From Acanthaster planci (lineage: Eukaryota), in NCBI RefSeq assembly GCF_001949145.1, contig NW_019091355.1, positions 1,238,083-1,302,082 on the forward strand: a DNA stretch of 64,000 bases, given 5' to 3'. The position numbers and the translations under genes are program-made. Shown one piece after another: positions 51,201 to 64,000 of the stretch (positions are counted from its first letter, which is position 1; each line of letters begins with the position of its first letter). The notes below the pieces were generated by a model that was given only the letters and a program-made list of their open reading frames with translations, did not search any database and had not been told where the DNA came from.

Positions 51201-54200
51201 GTCGGACATGCATTGGGATTAGCTCTGCACAAGCAAAAGGAAAAACAAAATCTCGATACACGAAATACGAAGATGACGTCACAGTTATTTTGCCAGCCAT
51301 TTTAGTGAAAACTTCATTGGAAATATGAATGTTGTGAATAAAGACCAGAATAAAATTGTATACCTGAACAGTGTACGCAAATGCAAAATCCATACCTGCC
51401 AACCTGTCGTACTCCTTCCCGAGGTCAGGCATCACCGCATAAAAGATTAGAATTTTAAATGAACTGAGGGCTCATTTAAATATCTTTTAATCTACATGTA
51501 TTTTGTGGCATTGCCTGACCTCAGGAACGAGTACCACAGGTTGGGAGGTCTGAAAATGCATAAAAAAAATGAATTTGGTCAATGTGCGCAGAAATGCAGA
51601 CACCAACATTTCCCCCCCCCCTTTTCTTTTACTTCCATTGTACAGTAGCAAAGCCAAGACTCTGGAGCTTCAGCTAGATTCACATGGAGCTGTACTAAAA
51701 TACATCAAAGCAAGCAGGTTGGCTAGTGAGAGATGATTCATTCAAAGATGCTTGCCAGGTGAACACCTATAGAGTCCATACGCTAGGTGAACAGATTATG
51801 AAAAGAAACTCTAGGAGGCACAAGTTGTTAACTGCATGTAAACTGACTGGAAGCACATTTCACACGTCTCCAACAATGTGACACCATTTATACGAGGGTA
51901 AGGCAAAGAAGCATGCACAAAGCATTGACCACACACGGCAACAAAGAACTCATGCTGTTACTGGTTTATGTTTCCAAGCCAGCTTGGTTTGCTTTCTGGT
52001 CTTTTTTTTTTTTTTTGATGGGGAGGGTTATCGTTTACCTGACTTCTGCCCTGCATTTGCGACGTGTCGGACTGGAGGTGGGCGGAGCTTTGGAAGGGAA
52101 AGACTGGGGGAGGGGATACAAAACACGGATACAGAGAGAGAGAGGAGGCATGAGACCAAACACACAATGTATACGGACTGCTTCCCAATCAAGTGGGAAG
52201 ATTCTTGTCCTCACTTTCAACAAAACTTTGATTATGAAATTGAAGGACTGGTTTGCGATGACTGATGAGATCTACTACTTTTGTAACACCAGAAGCTGTC
52301 AGACCAGGAACAAGAATTACCGAGGGTCGACTGGTAAATAAAGTACGATGTTTTCACAGAAAATGATCTGCTTTGAAATATGCATGTCAATATACAAAGA
52401 ACAGTAATGTGCGCGCACATGCAGATAATCAGATGGACAGGCCTTGTAATGTGCGCACATGCAGATAATCAGATGGACAGGCCTTGTAATGTGCGCACAT
52501 GTACATGTACAGTGTTTCTTTTACTGTACATTTCCCAAGTCTATGTGTGCGTGGACATAAGTTTCCTCTTCAATACAGACTACATCACTTTCAACGTTGA
52601 CAAGAAAATGGTCATGAGACCTAAGCACAACATGTCCAATTAAGGGAGCTTTGGGGAAACACCAAACATGCCAAATTAAGGCACAGATCAATTTACAGTG
52701 AAAAACTCAAGTGCCCTTCCACCCTCGTTGCTTTGAAGGAATCAGGAAGTTGGCTCAGAAAACAATGGTGTTGTTATCAAATCAATGCTTATTGATTATT
52801 ATAACATTTCATTGGATGGTTAGCACACCCCTTTCAATATTAATGGTTCAATGTCGACTGCCAGCAGACTTTGCAGAAAGGAACATGAAAAATTTCAAAC
52901 TAGTGCCTAAAACATGCCCGAAATGCAGCGACTAAGAAGCGGGTTCCAAAAGGTAGTGACATTCTCCTTCGCCCTTGGGCAAGGAGTAAAAAATGCAGAG
53001 TCAATCTAAACTACACACAGACTGCATTTTTTGGAGTCAACCCCCCTCTAATCAAGCAAAAACCTTGGTTGCTTATCATGTAACATCACTGTCCGCCCAA
53101 GCATTGGAGAAAACAGATCCCCTTTGTCAACAACCCACAGGATACGGTACAACCAGCTTCGATAAGCAATGACCGGAAAAGCTCAGGGGTGAACTGAGCC
53201 TTGTCTGGGGGCAAGGCAAGTTAGTGGATTGGGCGTGAAAAACAATAAAAGCCCAACTGACTTTGCTGTGCCGTGACTCATAATGCTGTGGGATTACCAG
53301 GCTTAAGAGTAAACCAACACAAACAAATTGGCATCTGCATTGGGCACTGCCGAAGGTGAACTGTGATAAACACTTATCTGGATATACAGAAATCTATTTT
53401 GAGACAAGGTGTGGACTAGTCTTGATTCAAGACCACTTGTCCAAGAGTTATATAAGCTATGGGAAAACTTTACAGTATAAATTGCAAAGCATTACAACTC
53501 AAGATGGTGGAAGAGTCATGTGCTTTTGGGAAAGACAGGTACATGTACATGTACCGTTAAGATTTTCGGCCAATAACAAATGTCTAAGGTTTGGCTACTC
53601 CTCGGTAGTTAGTGAAATCTGAGCCAGGGAATTCAACACAGGAAACAGCCTGATTATGTTCCGCATACATGTAGTCTAAGATCATGCGGCAGCTATGACA
53701 CATTTTTATTGACGTTTAAAGTGATAACCCAGCGTTGCCAAGTTGACAAATTGTTCCAACATGACTTCCGCTACAACGCAGTCAATTTGCCACGCTCCAC
53801 GTTGCAGGGGACATGTAAAAGTGAGATGTCTTCCTTGGAGGAAATAAATGGGCTACACCAGGACGTGATACCATCTTTAACAGCTTACCAGACACGTTGA
53901 TATGTCCAAATGACAGATTCTAGCTTTTCAAATAGGGCACCATTAGTCAACACATACACAGACCTGAGCTTGTCAGCAACAAACCATGACCTGAAGTGCT
54001 GAGCTGAGATCAATATCAGAAAAGAAAATCTGGAATCCCCCAGGGTATGGAAAAAAATAAGTTGCTTAAGCCACGCCCCCAATCCCAAACCTACCCTCAC
54101 CATCTAACAAAGTGCAATGGAGGGGCACCGACTGGTAAAGTCTCCCAGCACAGTGAGCTGAAAGATACCGGCACATCAAATGGTCAGAGGAATGCTGAGA

Positions 54201-57200
54201 GTATCTAGGGATTTCTCACCTGTTGCACATGAGCATTTTCTCTACTAATAATTGAGAGTTCTTGGCATGTGAATTAGAGAGCATTAAACCATATAAACTG
54301 TATGTCCATGTCTTGGATAGACAAACGCATGCTGCCGTTACACACAGGCATCTGCATCAAGCACGTACTACCAGATACAGAAAGCACATCTACATGTGTA
54401 AGACATGATCTTTGCTTAGATCTACATGTGCCACATTCAACTCCTTAAAAGATATGATTAACTTTGGAAAAACGTGTTCCACTCACAGTTCAAAGCTGGA
54501 CATTAGGTAAGGCCTGGTTTGGAATTTTTTCTCAGACAAAAGGGACTCAAACATTTTGAAAACTGAGGGGCAGCAAGTCACTTACCAGGAAATTAGGGGA
54601 ATTTTGACAAATTTTATTACTTACAGATGTCGGTAAATTAACCTGAATGGATTGGTCCGTGGATTCACTGGTGCATTGTGCTTGACTGGTGACCTGAGTA
54701 CTGACATTGCATTGCGCTGGCTTTATCTAGAGGAGTAAAAAAACAACATTCATGTACAAGTAGACTGATGGAAAGTAATGGTAATTTCGAAAAGATAGAA
54801 TCTCTCCACAAATTTGGTTGTCACGGTAACTGTTTCTATGCATCAAATAAACATACTTTAAATGAATCCATGTACTGGTAGAAATGTAGATAGCCTTTGG
54901 GATTAGTTCTTCTGAATTAAGACAGTATTTTGCCATGAGAAAAAAACCCAAACTCATAGGGATTGACTTTGTGGCTACAATAAATGGGCTGGCTTTGAGA
55001 GGCATTCTTCCTAATACATGTACAGAATTAACCAATTCTTCCAAACATAGGTATCTGTGATGAAAACATGGAAAATGGAATACAATCACACCATGGCAGC
55101 CAAAGAGAATTCAAGTGGTGTGATTTTTCCAATTACGTCAGTGTGCTTGTAACTTACTTAAACCTCCAATTCACTCCCATCTGGTTTACACAAATATGCC
55201 AAAAAATTGTTTGTATCCAATATAATGCTCTGAAAAATACTGCTTCAGGTGGAAGTCACCACAAGCTCACCATAAACCATACCACCCACACTTGTTTTAC
55301 ATGTGAAGTGTGGACATTCCTTAGTTCTCCTGTGGTTAAGGTAAATGCTCCTATTTCTCCAACTAGGATAACTCCTTCGAGCTGGATTTTTGATGATGAT
55401 TTCCTAGACTGTTCCTCTTCATTTTGCCATGGAAAACTTTGACCCCCAAATGCCTCTGAAACTGTTTTTCAGAGAGGGGAAAACATTGTGTGGAGGTGTG
55501 CAAGTCTACACAACGCCACCATACCCTGCATTCTATTGTGCAGAGGTCCACACTCCGACTGACACGCCTATACACCCAAACAAAGCTGCGTGTAAAGTCC
55601 CAAGATGGCCCCTCAAGCATAGTAGCTGACAGCGATCTGTACATGTATACTTTCATATGAATCATTTCCCAAGACGGTCACATGTACATGTACATCTCTT
55701 GCCAAGAATACAGAGCATGAAGGTCTGAGTCAATGCTTCTAGGTTTCGGCAGGCAATAATTCTCCACCAATGAGTCACTTTGTATATATGACTGAGAACG
55801 ATATGACCATTTTTCACATTGGAAGAAGAGAGCAAAGCCTGGAAAACCCCGACATTTGGCTAAAGTCAGTACAAGTAAATCAGTACATACGGAGGTACAT
55901 GTATTTAGCACTGGCTCAGAAAAATCAAAATGCAAAATTTTAATTACAGTGCTTCAAACATTGCAAACTTTTTTAAACAAGACCCCCCCCAAAAAAATCC
56001 TGGAACTAAAGCCAGACAAACTCAACGAATGTCAAGATTTTGCTGGGCTGCAGTATTCTTGTCTTGTCTTACTGTGTGTGTCTGTACATGTAGCTCAGTC
56101 AACTGCTGCTGTGTGTCTGCAACAAGCTCTTGCAAACTCCTGACTTCCTTCCGAAGGACGGCGTTTTCCTGGTAGAGGATAAGAGAACATTGTAGGAAGG
56201 ATGTTGAAATTAAGGTACAATGTGCAATGCCTAGTTATGGCCTGGTGCATGCATACACCTGCATACACTCTACACATCCATGTTGTGAGTGATTTCACTC
56301 AAGTGTTTTCAGAGCAAAGAAAGAGGGGGTTTCCACACCTAACGGACGATTCAACTCCAGGACTTTTCCAGGACTTTTCCATGACCAAATTATGACATTC
56401 CACGACCCAATAATAACGCCATTTCTTGGACTATTTGGACTTTTAAAGTTGCAAATAAAATCACATATTTTAAGCACAATAGAAATCACACACAGCGTTT
56501 GATTTTTCCATGACTTTAGTCATTTTTACAAAATTCCATGACTTTTCAAGGCTTGGAGAACGAAAAAGTTTCATGACTTTCCCAGGCCGCAGGAACCCTG
56601 GAAAGAAGGCGGCTACACATACAAGAAAAAAAGACTTATGGCTAAAAGTCCTCTGGAAAGAAGTACTGAAACACTGCTTGGTCTCACACACTGAAAGTAT
56701 GACACTGTAGTACTGGTACATATTCAAGAATTCTACGGTCATCAAAATTTGTACAAAAAAAATAAAATCCTACATGTAGAACTACAGTAAGGTTTCAGAA
56801 ATCCAAACAAGCAATTCAAAGAACCTCAAATAATGCTGATCTAACTTCAAGGCTCAAAGTGTGACTGATACAAGGCAAAGTCACGTTAATTTGGACCCAG
56901 CCCCTTGACCTAGTTTGTCCAGGAAAAACCTTGATCACTGACTGATTCACAGAACTTTCAACTACCTTCCCTTTTCCTGTCTGGGACCCTACCTCCTTCA
57001 GGTCTTCGATGATGACTTCCTGTATGGGATTGGCCTCGCTGGTGGGGCTGGTGGGCAGACTACTGCAAGGACTCTGGCAGATTACAAGCATTGACACCAG
57101 TACTAGCATGATTTTTATTCATATTTTTCAGGTAACTACACAAGGGCACCTGGTGTTTGAGTGTCAACAAATTATTAAAAGGATGTTCCCACTGTAAAAT

Positions 57201-60200
57201 GCCACAAAACTTATATAATGAAAACAGAAATCAAATTTAAATCCAAGTCTGTTGTATACTCAAACAGGTAGATTTGAACAACTATTTGTACACGTTGATG
57301 AACCAAAAAATGGGAGTTAACTTCAGTGGACTTCTTGAGACAACTGGCTACCACTACAGAGGATTTTAAGTCGGTGATTTTTGGCGGTCAGCATCCAATT
57401 TACACAGATGCACACAGAGACGCCCAAGCCTTCAAAGTCTCTCAACATTCTGCCGTATATGAAACTGTCAAATAAACCCAAGACGCCCAAGCCTTGGAAG
57501 TCTCTCAACATTCTGCCATATATGAAACTGTCAAATAAACCCAAGACGCCCAAGCCTTGGAATTCTCTCAACATTCTGCCATATATGAAACTGTCAAATA
57601 AATAAACAGATTTGAAAATGCACCTGCATTCACGGACATGGTAATGGTACCTTTGCCCATCATGTTTTTACATCATGTGAAAAGCCTCTATAGTATGTAT
57701 ATTCAAAGATTTTTTGTCGTATGTATGTGTGTGAATTACGGCACATGTACCGTCCATACTGTTTCTGTGCTGCCTACCGTACTTTACTTCCTGTTCTTAC
57801 ACTGAATAGAGACAAGCAAAGTTACAATGTACCGGTACCTCAGATTCATATTACTTACCAATTGGCCCATGGAATGTTCAAATGGAGAAGAAGAATTGTC
57901 AACCTGTGTTGGTGAATGAAGGAAATACGTTATTGGGAAAAGGGTGATTTAGTCACATAAGTCAAAGGAAAATCCTGTGAATTTGGTCAGTCTTGAGGGA
58001 AGAAAATAACACAAATACTATTGCTTTCACAAAGTTACAATGAATATCAAGCAAATGTTCCAGTATTTCAGAGGGCTTTTGTTTATAGAACAAAACCAAG
58101 TTAGTCCTCAGCAAAAGCCGCATTTTAAATGTTGCTCTTTGTCAGTAATTCATCAAGCATTTCAACAGACAGTACACTGTACTCAAGACATCACCTTTGG
58201 TACATGTGGAGTTGGTTGCTTGCACTCAGTCCCAAAGCAAATTCAAATGCAAATTTGAGAAGCAGTGGTACATGTACATTCACCAGCTGCAAGCTCGAGA
58301 TCTCTGAACACATTTGGCCTTCAGCAACATTTGATGTGAATACGTCATGATGTCAGGCACTGACGCTTCTGACATTACGGCAGCATTTACTGTACCAGTT
58401 ACGTTCATACATGTACATGTCGCAAGGGTGAGAATGGAAGAAAATGAAAAATCCGCAAAATAACCCGAGTTTTTGCGAGCCCCACAGCAGTGTAGAGTGT
58501 ATGGTATACATTTGTGTTTCCTCAAGGCAGCTCTTGACATGTCCCTTTCTTGTGTTCTTTATGAGCTTTTGCACGGAAAACGTTCACATTGGTAAGCTTT
58601 GGATATTCCAGATTTTAGAAACAGCTTGCTTGAAAAATCCTGAAATCAGGAAGAATCTTGAAAAAACAGCTCACCGCTATGTACATGTACAGTGTAGAAG
58701 TCAATATTTTCATAAAGACACCACTGCTTTTTTTATGGGATGATACAAGTTTATAAGAAGACCCACACAGAGACTCCACCATGTCAAGCAGTAAGCCTTG
58801 AACATGGGTATGAAACAGGAATACATGTACTCACTGTCTGCAGCGCCCTCTTGAGTTTAAGAAGCATGGTCTTGACTGATGTCATGTCCTGGATCATGTG
58901 TCTGTACAGTGTGGCGTCCACCAGCACTGCTCCCTCCTCGTCGGGGGGTAGAGTGGGCCATCTGGGGGGTCGCAAGGGGTGACCAGTGCCCCCACTCTGG
59001 GAGCGAACACGGGAGCAGTTGGCGTTGCCATTCTTGTTTCTAACGATTTGGTGGAGGGTACGAAAACAGATGACATGTTAATGGTTTCATTATTAATGGG
59101 TAACTGCATGAACGAGTGATGGTGCTTTGTTAACTATGTGGCGGACCTACTGGGTGCGCTTGCATGCACAAATTTAAAATTGAAAATGCACACCCATAGG
59201 AACTTGGCATGGCTGTCGAGATGCAAAACAGCAATGCTGGTATACGTAGCATGTCAGCTAAACCTGTTTGTCACCTGTACACGTATGACAGGGCACGCGT
59301 CATGCTTGTGCGCTGTGTTCACAGACAGGTGACAGACAGATCACAGTAGACCAGTCATAGTGAGTACATGTACATGTACCTACAGTGACATCAGACAAGA
59401 GTGCAATCATGAAGGCCCCCGGCAATGGCAGAATCATTGTCCCAGAAGTTATTGGTTGGTTGTTTTACACAGCAGCTTCTACCATTATTGGCTGATGGCT
59501 AACACCCGGCAGTTTACAATAAATGTACATGTATCACTACTTCAACAAGAATTGCTGCAGAAAAATACCAATCATGAAATCACTGGTTGATTTTCAAAAC
59601 ACTTCCTGATGCTAACAAACCATCAAGCCAATTCTGACTGTGTTCTGTCATGTCTGTTTGTACCGTAAGAAAGACCTCTACAGGTGGAAAAGAATTTTTT
59701 TCTGAACACATACCGTTTGAAAATGGTACAAACTGCCTCCAACATTGTTGGTTTGAACTCCATGGAAAGCAAGCAGATACAAGGATTTACAGGAGCGTTT
59801 CTACGATCATGCTGACAGCTAAACTTGTCGTGTGTTGTTTACCTTCTACATCTTTGCATACAAATGCATGGACTGCTCAAAATTACAAAAGACTACCCAA
59901 CCCACTACATGTATTTCAGCTTGGTCATGCGCATCAGTTGCTCTTCGCAATGGTCTGTAAAGCGTGACCAAGTAACCTACATGTACATGTACATACATGT
60001 ACATAAAAACGCAGGAGATCAGTCTTGCACTGTTTTTGACAAGACAATGAAATGAATTTTACACTGAAACGTGCATACATGTACATGTAGATGTACCCGG
60101 TATGTAAAAACAGAATTCATTTAAAAGTTAAAGTTACTTAAAAGAAAGATTTATTTTGCCCACACAATTCGTTAAGCTACTGCAATCCACAGGCTCTGCA

Positions 60201-63200
60201 GCTTCATAAAAAAAAAGTGGGATGAAGTACAAAACGACAAATGGGACAAAAAATATAGGGATTCAATTTTGGAAAATATTCTGGTCTGTGTACATTGCAC
60301 ATGTACACTGTACCTGTATATTTAATCCCTCCAGCATGCTACAAAGTACAAATACACAGCCAACTAACAACCAGCCAGACAGCTGGAATGGCAATATTGA
60401 ACCTCTGTTGAAATCAACAGACAAGCACACTGTGCATGGACAAAAGCATTTCATAACAGTTTTCCAGTTTTGTTGAAACTGCCGTAGTTCTTTGTGGCTT
60501 TTTGTATGGCCTATTTTTAGAGCATACCATCTGTATTAGTCATGGCATGGCAAGGCCTCTGGATACAATAAAAATCACAACACGTGAAATCACTCAGTGC
60601 TGGGAACAAATTTAACGAGCGTCTTGGCATTTCCACAGATGTTGCAAATTACTGTGCAAAATTAAGCCTAAGCTCTTGTCATTGTGAACAAATGTGAAAT
60701 TAATGACATCAGTATGTGTTAAAATGGGGAATAAATGAAAATGAAACAGGATGGATGGACAGTAAATGAAACATTTCAAAAATATATCTCCCAATGTTTA
60801 ACTTTAATGCATAGTGAATCCAATAGGAAGTACCGTACCAACATTTTGTACACTGTGTATGGTACATGTATTTTACCATACACTGTGTACATTTTGCAAA
60901 CAATAAAGTTCTAGATGTTCCACCTGACACTTGTTGTACAGGTGCGTGCACCCTGTGGACAAACTTTAACAATTCCAGTCATGATAGTACTGATATATAT
61001 GCAAAATGAGAAAGATATTCAGCACTCCCTGACCACCATGCAGACAATTCAAGACAAAAGGAATAAGAACAATAGGAGAGAGTGAGTCTAATTAGTACAC
61101 AGTGCACGCACAAATCAAAGACAGAAGACAAGTAAAGGGGTATTTATGGTAAGATTCAGAGAGTTAATGAGAATACATGTAATCTTTACATGTACGTTTA
61201 CACATGTGTAACAGCAAAGGTCACTGCATACTTCTAGTACATGTACGTGTCTGAAGCTAGTACAGCAGAGTATTACCATAAGCAGGGCTCCTGCACCTAC
61301 CTGTACGGGACCATTAAATTCCATGACTTTTCCATGATATTTGGATGACCAATTATGAAAATCCATGACCCAATAACCCAATTTCTTTGACCATTCAGAC
61401 TTTTTAAATATTCCCTGACTTCAGTCATTTTTACAATTCCATGACTCTTCCAGGCCTGGAAAACAGAAACAAATTTCCATGACTTTTCATGACCTTTCAA
61501 CCCTGCATACATGTAAATGTACATGTGCACAGAGGTGAACTTTTTTCTAAAGTACATGTTGTTCACCAGGAACCATATTGGACAATTACATACATGTCAA
61601 GATGGGTAATTACAGAAATTGGGGGTCCATTTTTTTCGTGTCCCTGTCACATCTTACATACATGTATGATTTTTGTAAGTTCAGAACACATTTTCTAATT
61701 TCCAAGAGTGAAAAATTAATGCAAATTGGCTGCCCAACAAATAGTAATAGTTTGAATCGATTCCGGTGACATTTCCATGTCAAATCACAAAAGTCAGATA
61801 GAACAGGGACACCAAAATGTCACACTTTTGGACCCCAAATTCTGGAATAACCTGTGCATGTTGGTGGTATACAGAGTTGTTGACCAGTGTCAGGCAAGAT
61901 GTGCATCAACTGAAGTGCTACAGAAAAACTACTGCTATTGTGACACTCTACATGTGCTGACACTACCATGTGCAGCAAGGTATGAGACGGAGAGAGCCCC
62001 CCCCTGCTTTGTGTTAATCGTTGTCTCGCAGGAATCNCAATAGTCTGGAATGTGTATAGGGATTGGACATGTTGGGGGGTACTCCTCGGTCTCATTTCTT
62101 GCTGGGTATAGACACTACTATGGAAGCAATTGTTCTGAATGGATTAGCTGTGAGTTTTCTTTGCTCTAGTGTTTTCTCTGACAGACACAGGTACATGTAC
62201 AATAAAATGGGAATTCAAAGCATTTGCTTTTTTATTTAGGTTGTTCAAGAACATGCAGATCCACACAGCTCAGGGCTGAAGGAAGGAGAGGACACATCTT
62301 ATGTGCTGTCTCCTTTATCATGCAAGAAATGTCAATCTGGCCCACGACCAAAAGCAAAATGTTATTGGATCTAAAATGAAAAACTGCTGCTTGAGAAGAA
62401 GACTATGACCGTCCACTAACAAAACGTGTTTGTGCACATTGTACAGTCAATTCTCAATAGAGCTTTATCATGGGGCAGCCATCTTGTTTTCTACCATTGA
62501 AAGCAATGTAACCAAACTGAGGCTGGAAGAAAAATGGTCTGTTTCCTTTTTAGAGAAAGTTGCATCACTTTTGCCATTAGGTATACAGGGGGCAAGACAA
62601 AATGGTAGCATCATGATTAATGTCTATGGGAATCTGAGTTCAAAGACTACAGTGTAAAACCACACAAAAAGCAGACTTCATAGCACATTGGTAGTGGATG
62701 GTCATTCATTAAATCTACTGCAGTCTGTGAAAAAAAAGAAGGTTTGAAGTGAAGAAAGATGGAAGCAGCTTCTACGGCGAGAAACCCGAAGATTAAGAGA
62801 GCACCACACCCCACTGCAAACAGGACAGACAGGCCATAAAATGTGAGCCTCAGTAACCATGATGGCTAAATATTTGCTGATTTGCCAAATGAAACCTGAA
62901 GTGTCAGCTCACTGAGGGGGCTTTGTAATTTAATTTTCTGTTTTGTGTTGCTCTTTTCTCCTGACCATTGAATTGCCAAAACATACAAAATGCAATCACT
63001 TGCATTGCTTATTGGAAAAAAATTGGAGAGCGAAATAAAAGTATAAATCAGGCCAAAACATGCCAAACTTTGGACATTCGCATGGTTTGAATTGAAGCAA
63101 ATGGTCAGAAACTTGAACATTTTCTTCAGATTCAGACTGTCATAAGGACGTACGGTGCATGCCCATGTACAGTAAACAAGAGCAACAGTAATGAAAAAAA

Positions 63201-63625
63201 GACTTTGTCAAAAAATGCAAAATGGTGCACTGTCATCCATAATCTCCAATGACCAAAATCAGTTGGGCATAACTGCTTCTCAGGGCTAAATGAATTCACA
63301 GCTTGAGGTGTCTGGATAAGATCAAGCTAGTACATGTGCCTACATGTACAACTAAAGGAGAAATTCATGACAGTCAGGCTACGGCAAATAATTTATCGCC
63401 ATGGTAACTGAAGACTTCTTACGGCCATCTGAATAGAAGAGTCGAAACTGGTACCGGTACCTGTCCATATCACGGCAACTAGAACTGAAAATGAGCGAAT
63501 GCAGTTCCTCCACTGGCGACTGGCACTGCTCGGCTGGCACTGGGTGGGCGGGGAAGCTCCGTCCCCCTCGTCTACCTAAAGGCAAGGCCAAAGGGGAGGG
63601 CGACAAGCCCCTGGTCACACCGACC
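41012..63625 (-). CDS. CCSER: Serine-rich coiled-coil (CCSER/FAM190-like) microtubule plus-end tracking protein, 3' part (5' end outside the window)
   Basis: Predicted minus-strand exons: 63625-63461 (alternative acceptor possible at 63575), 59039-58835 (LYRHMIQDMTSVKTMLLKLKRALQ, resembling the CCSER signature QDCTAVKTQLLKLKRLL as I recall it), 57903-57859, 57073-56993 (SLPTSP), 56168-56073 (coiled coil), 54726-54625, 52103-52039, 43616-43559 (tentative), and terminal exon 42283-41012 (S/P/Q-rich with SxIP-like motifs). Phases chain consistently. Small exons may be missing, including inside the N gap. Confidence 0.72.
44961..45293. other. Assembly gap (333 N)
   Basis: Run of N. Confidence 1.
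45294..45397. repeat. G-rich 28-bp minisatellite abutting the gap
   Basis: TATTAGTACCATGTCAGGGGTC(A/G)GGGGG; TATTAGTACC starts at 45299, 45327, 45355 and 45383. Confidence 0.95.
45670..45823. mobile_element. Palindromic MITE-like element (~69-bp arms, 16-nt spacer)
   Basis: TTCACAACAGTGCGCCTCCAAGAG...AATCTGTCAACCC pairs with GGGTCGACAGATTTTG...CTCTTGGAGGCGCACTATTGTGAA, with few mismatches. Confidence 0.85.
49904..49974. repeat. 28-bp tandem repeat, ~2.5 copies
   Basis: CAGAATCCATCGTTGGATGACCCAACGT at 49904, 49932 and 49960 (partial). Confidence 0.9.
50414..50677. mobile_element. MITE-like dispersed repeat, copy 1 (AGTGTGGAC...GTCCACACT termini)
   Basis: Highly similar to 55307-55554 over about 250 nt, with short terminal inverted repeats. 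Confidence 0.8.
51391..51552. mobile_element. Short non-autonomous DNA transposon with ~41-bp terminal inverted repeats
   Basis: CATACCTGCCAACCTGTCGTACTCCTTCCCGAGGTCAGGCA at the left end and TGCCTGACCTCAGGAACGAGTACCACAGGTTGGGAGGTCTG at the right end. No clear target-site duplication. Confidence 0.7.
52405..52500. repeat. 40-bp tandem repeat, ~2.4 copies
   Basis: GTAATGTGCGCACATGCAGATAATCAGATGGACAGGCCTT repeated. Confidence 0.9.
55307..55554. mobile_element. MITE-like dispersed repeat, copy 2
   Basis: Shares TAGGATAACTCCTTCGAGCTGGATTTTTGATGATGATTTCCT and the termini with copy 1. Confidence 0.8.
56325..56600. mobile_element. MITE-like element with internal TTCCATGAC repeats, copy 1
   Basis: Multiple TTTTCCATGAC/CCAGGAC motifs and a GGAACCCTG end. 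Shares AGTCATTTTTACA.TTCCATGACT.TTC.AGGC.TGGA with 61283-61505. Confidence 0.7.
57418..57600. repeat. 63-bp tandem repeat, ~3 copies
   Basis: AGACGCCCAAGCCTT...CTCTCAACATTCTGCC.TATATGAAACTGTCAAATAAA repeated three times. Confidence 0.95.
61283..61505. mobile_element. MITE-like element with internal TTCCATGAC repeats, copy 2 (CAGGG...CCCTG termini)
   Basis: Same motif order as 56325-56600. Confidence 0.7.
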
Positions 63626-64000
63626 CTACACGTAGGGGGAGAAAGCAGATGCATAAACATGAAGGATGGAAATGAATGGCTGATGACGACTTGTGGAAAA
63701 GAATGAAAAGTGCATGTACTGTACATACACGTACTGACCACCAGAATCAATGTTATCAATCCTTATCCACAAAAACAATACTATAGGTACCCGTACATGT
63801 ACATTACACCGTACATTACAGTCAGTCAAATAATCAATAAAATTGATCATTCCACGTCTGATCCAGCTGTCATCAACGAGCAATGCTGTTATTGTCTGAG
63901 CCACTGTAAAGAATTTTGGTTGTACAATGCAATCACAACATAAACAAAAAATCAGCACTGCCAAAATCATCTACAGTATGTGTGTTCACCGTTTCATGTT

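Noticed and set aside
57323..57605. Repetitive-peptide ORFs on both strands
   Set aside because: By-product of the 63-bp tandem repeat, with no splice or homology support.
61820..62110. Possible additional minus-strand CCSER exon
   Set aside because: The splice sites are weak, the region contains an N, no motif is recognisable, and the flanking exons already join in phase.

Overview
Eukaryotic (invertebrate metazoan-like) genomic DNA with spliceosomal introns and one assembly gap (44961-45293). The left half (1-33.4 kb) is a head-to-tail cluster of three paralogous TRPC-like cation-channel genes on the + strand. I reconstructed them exon by exon from splice sites, shared exon lengths (119/108/288/108/188/137/140/variable/196/180/39/122 nt) and TRPC motifs. 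Paralog A lacks its first two coding exons in this window, has one extra intron, and carries a 1-nt frameshift. Paralogs B (~1476 aa) and C (~1328 aa) look complete. All three lack the Cys/His Zn-binding segment of the TRP_2 domain, have a long S3-S4 ectodomain, and differ sharply in their C-terminal coiled-coil or acidic tails. A ~3.2 kb AT-rich satellite (~48-bp monomer, ~870-bp higher-order duplication) separates the cluster from the 3' part of a convergent minus-strand CCSER/FAM190-like gene (41012 to >63.6 kb). That gene's introns hold several MITE-like elements, minisatellites and many TACATGTA motifs. All calls were made by eye with no database searches, and the species cannot be determined.
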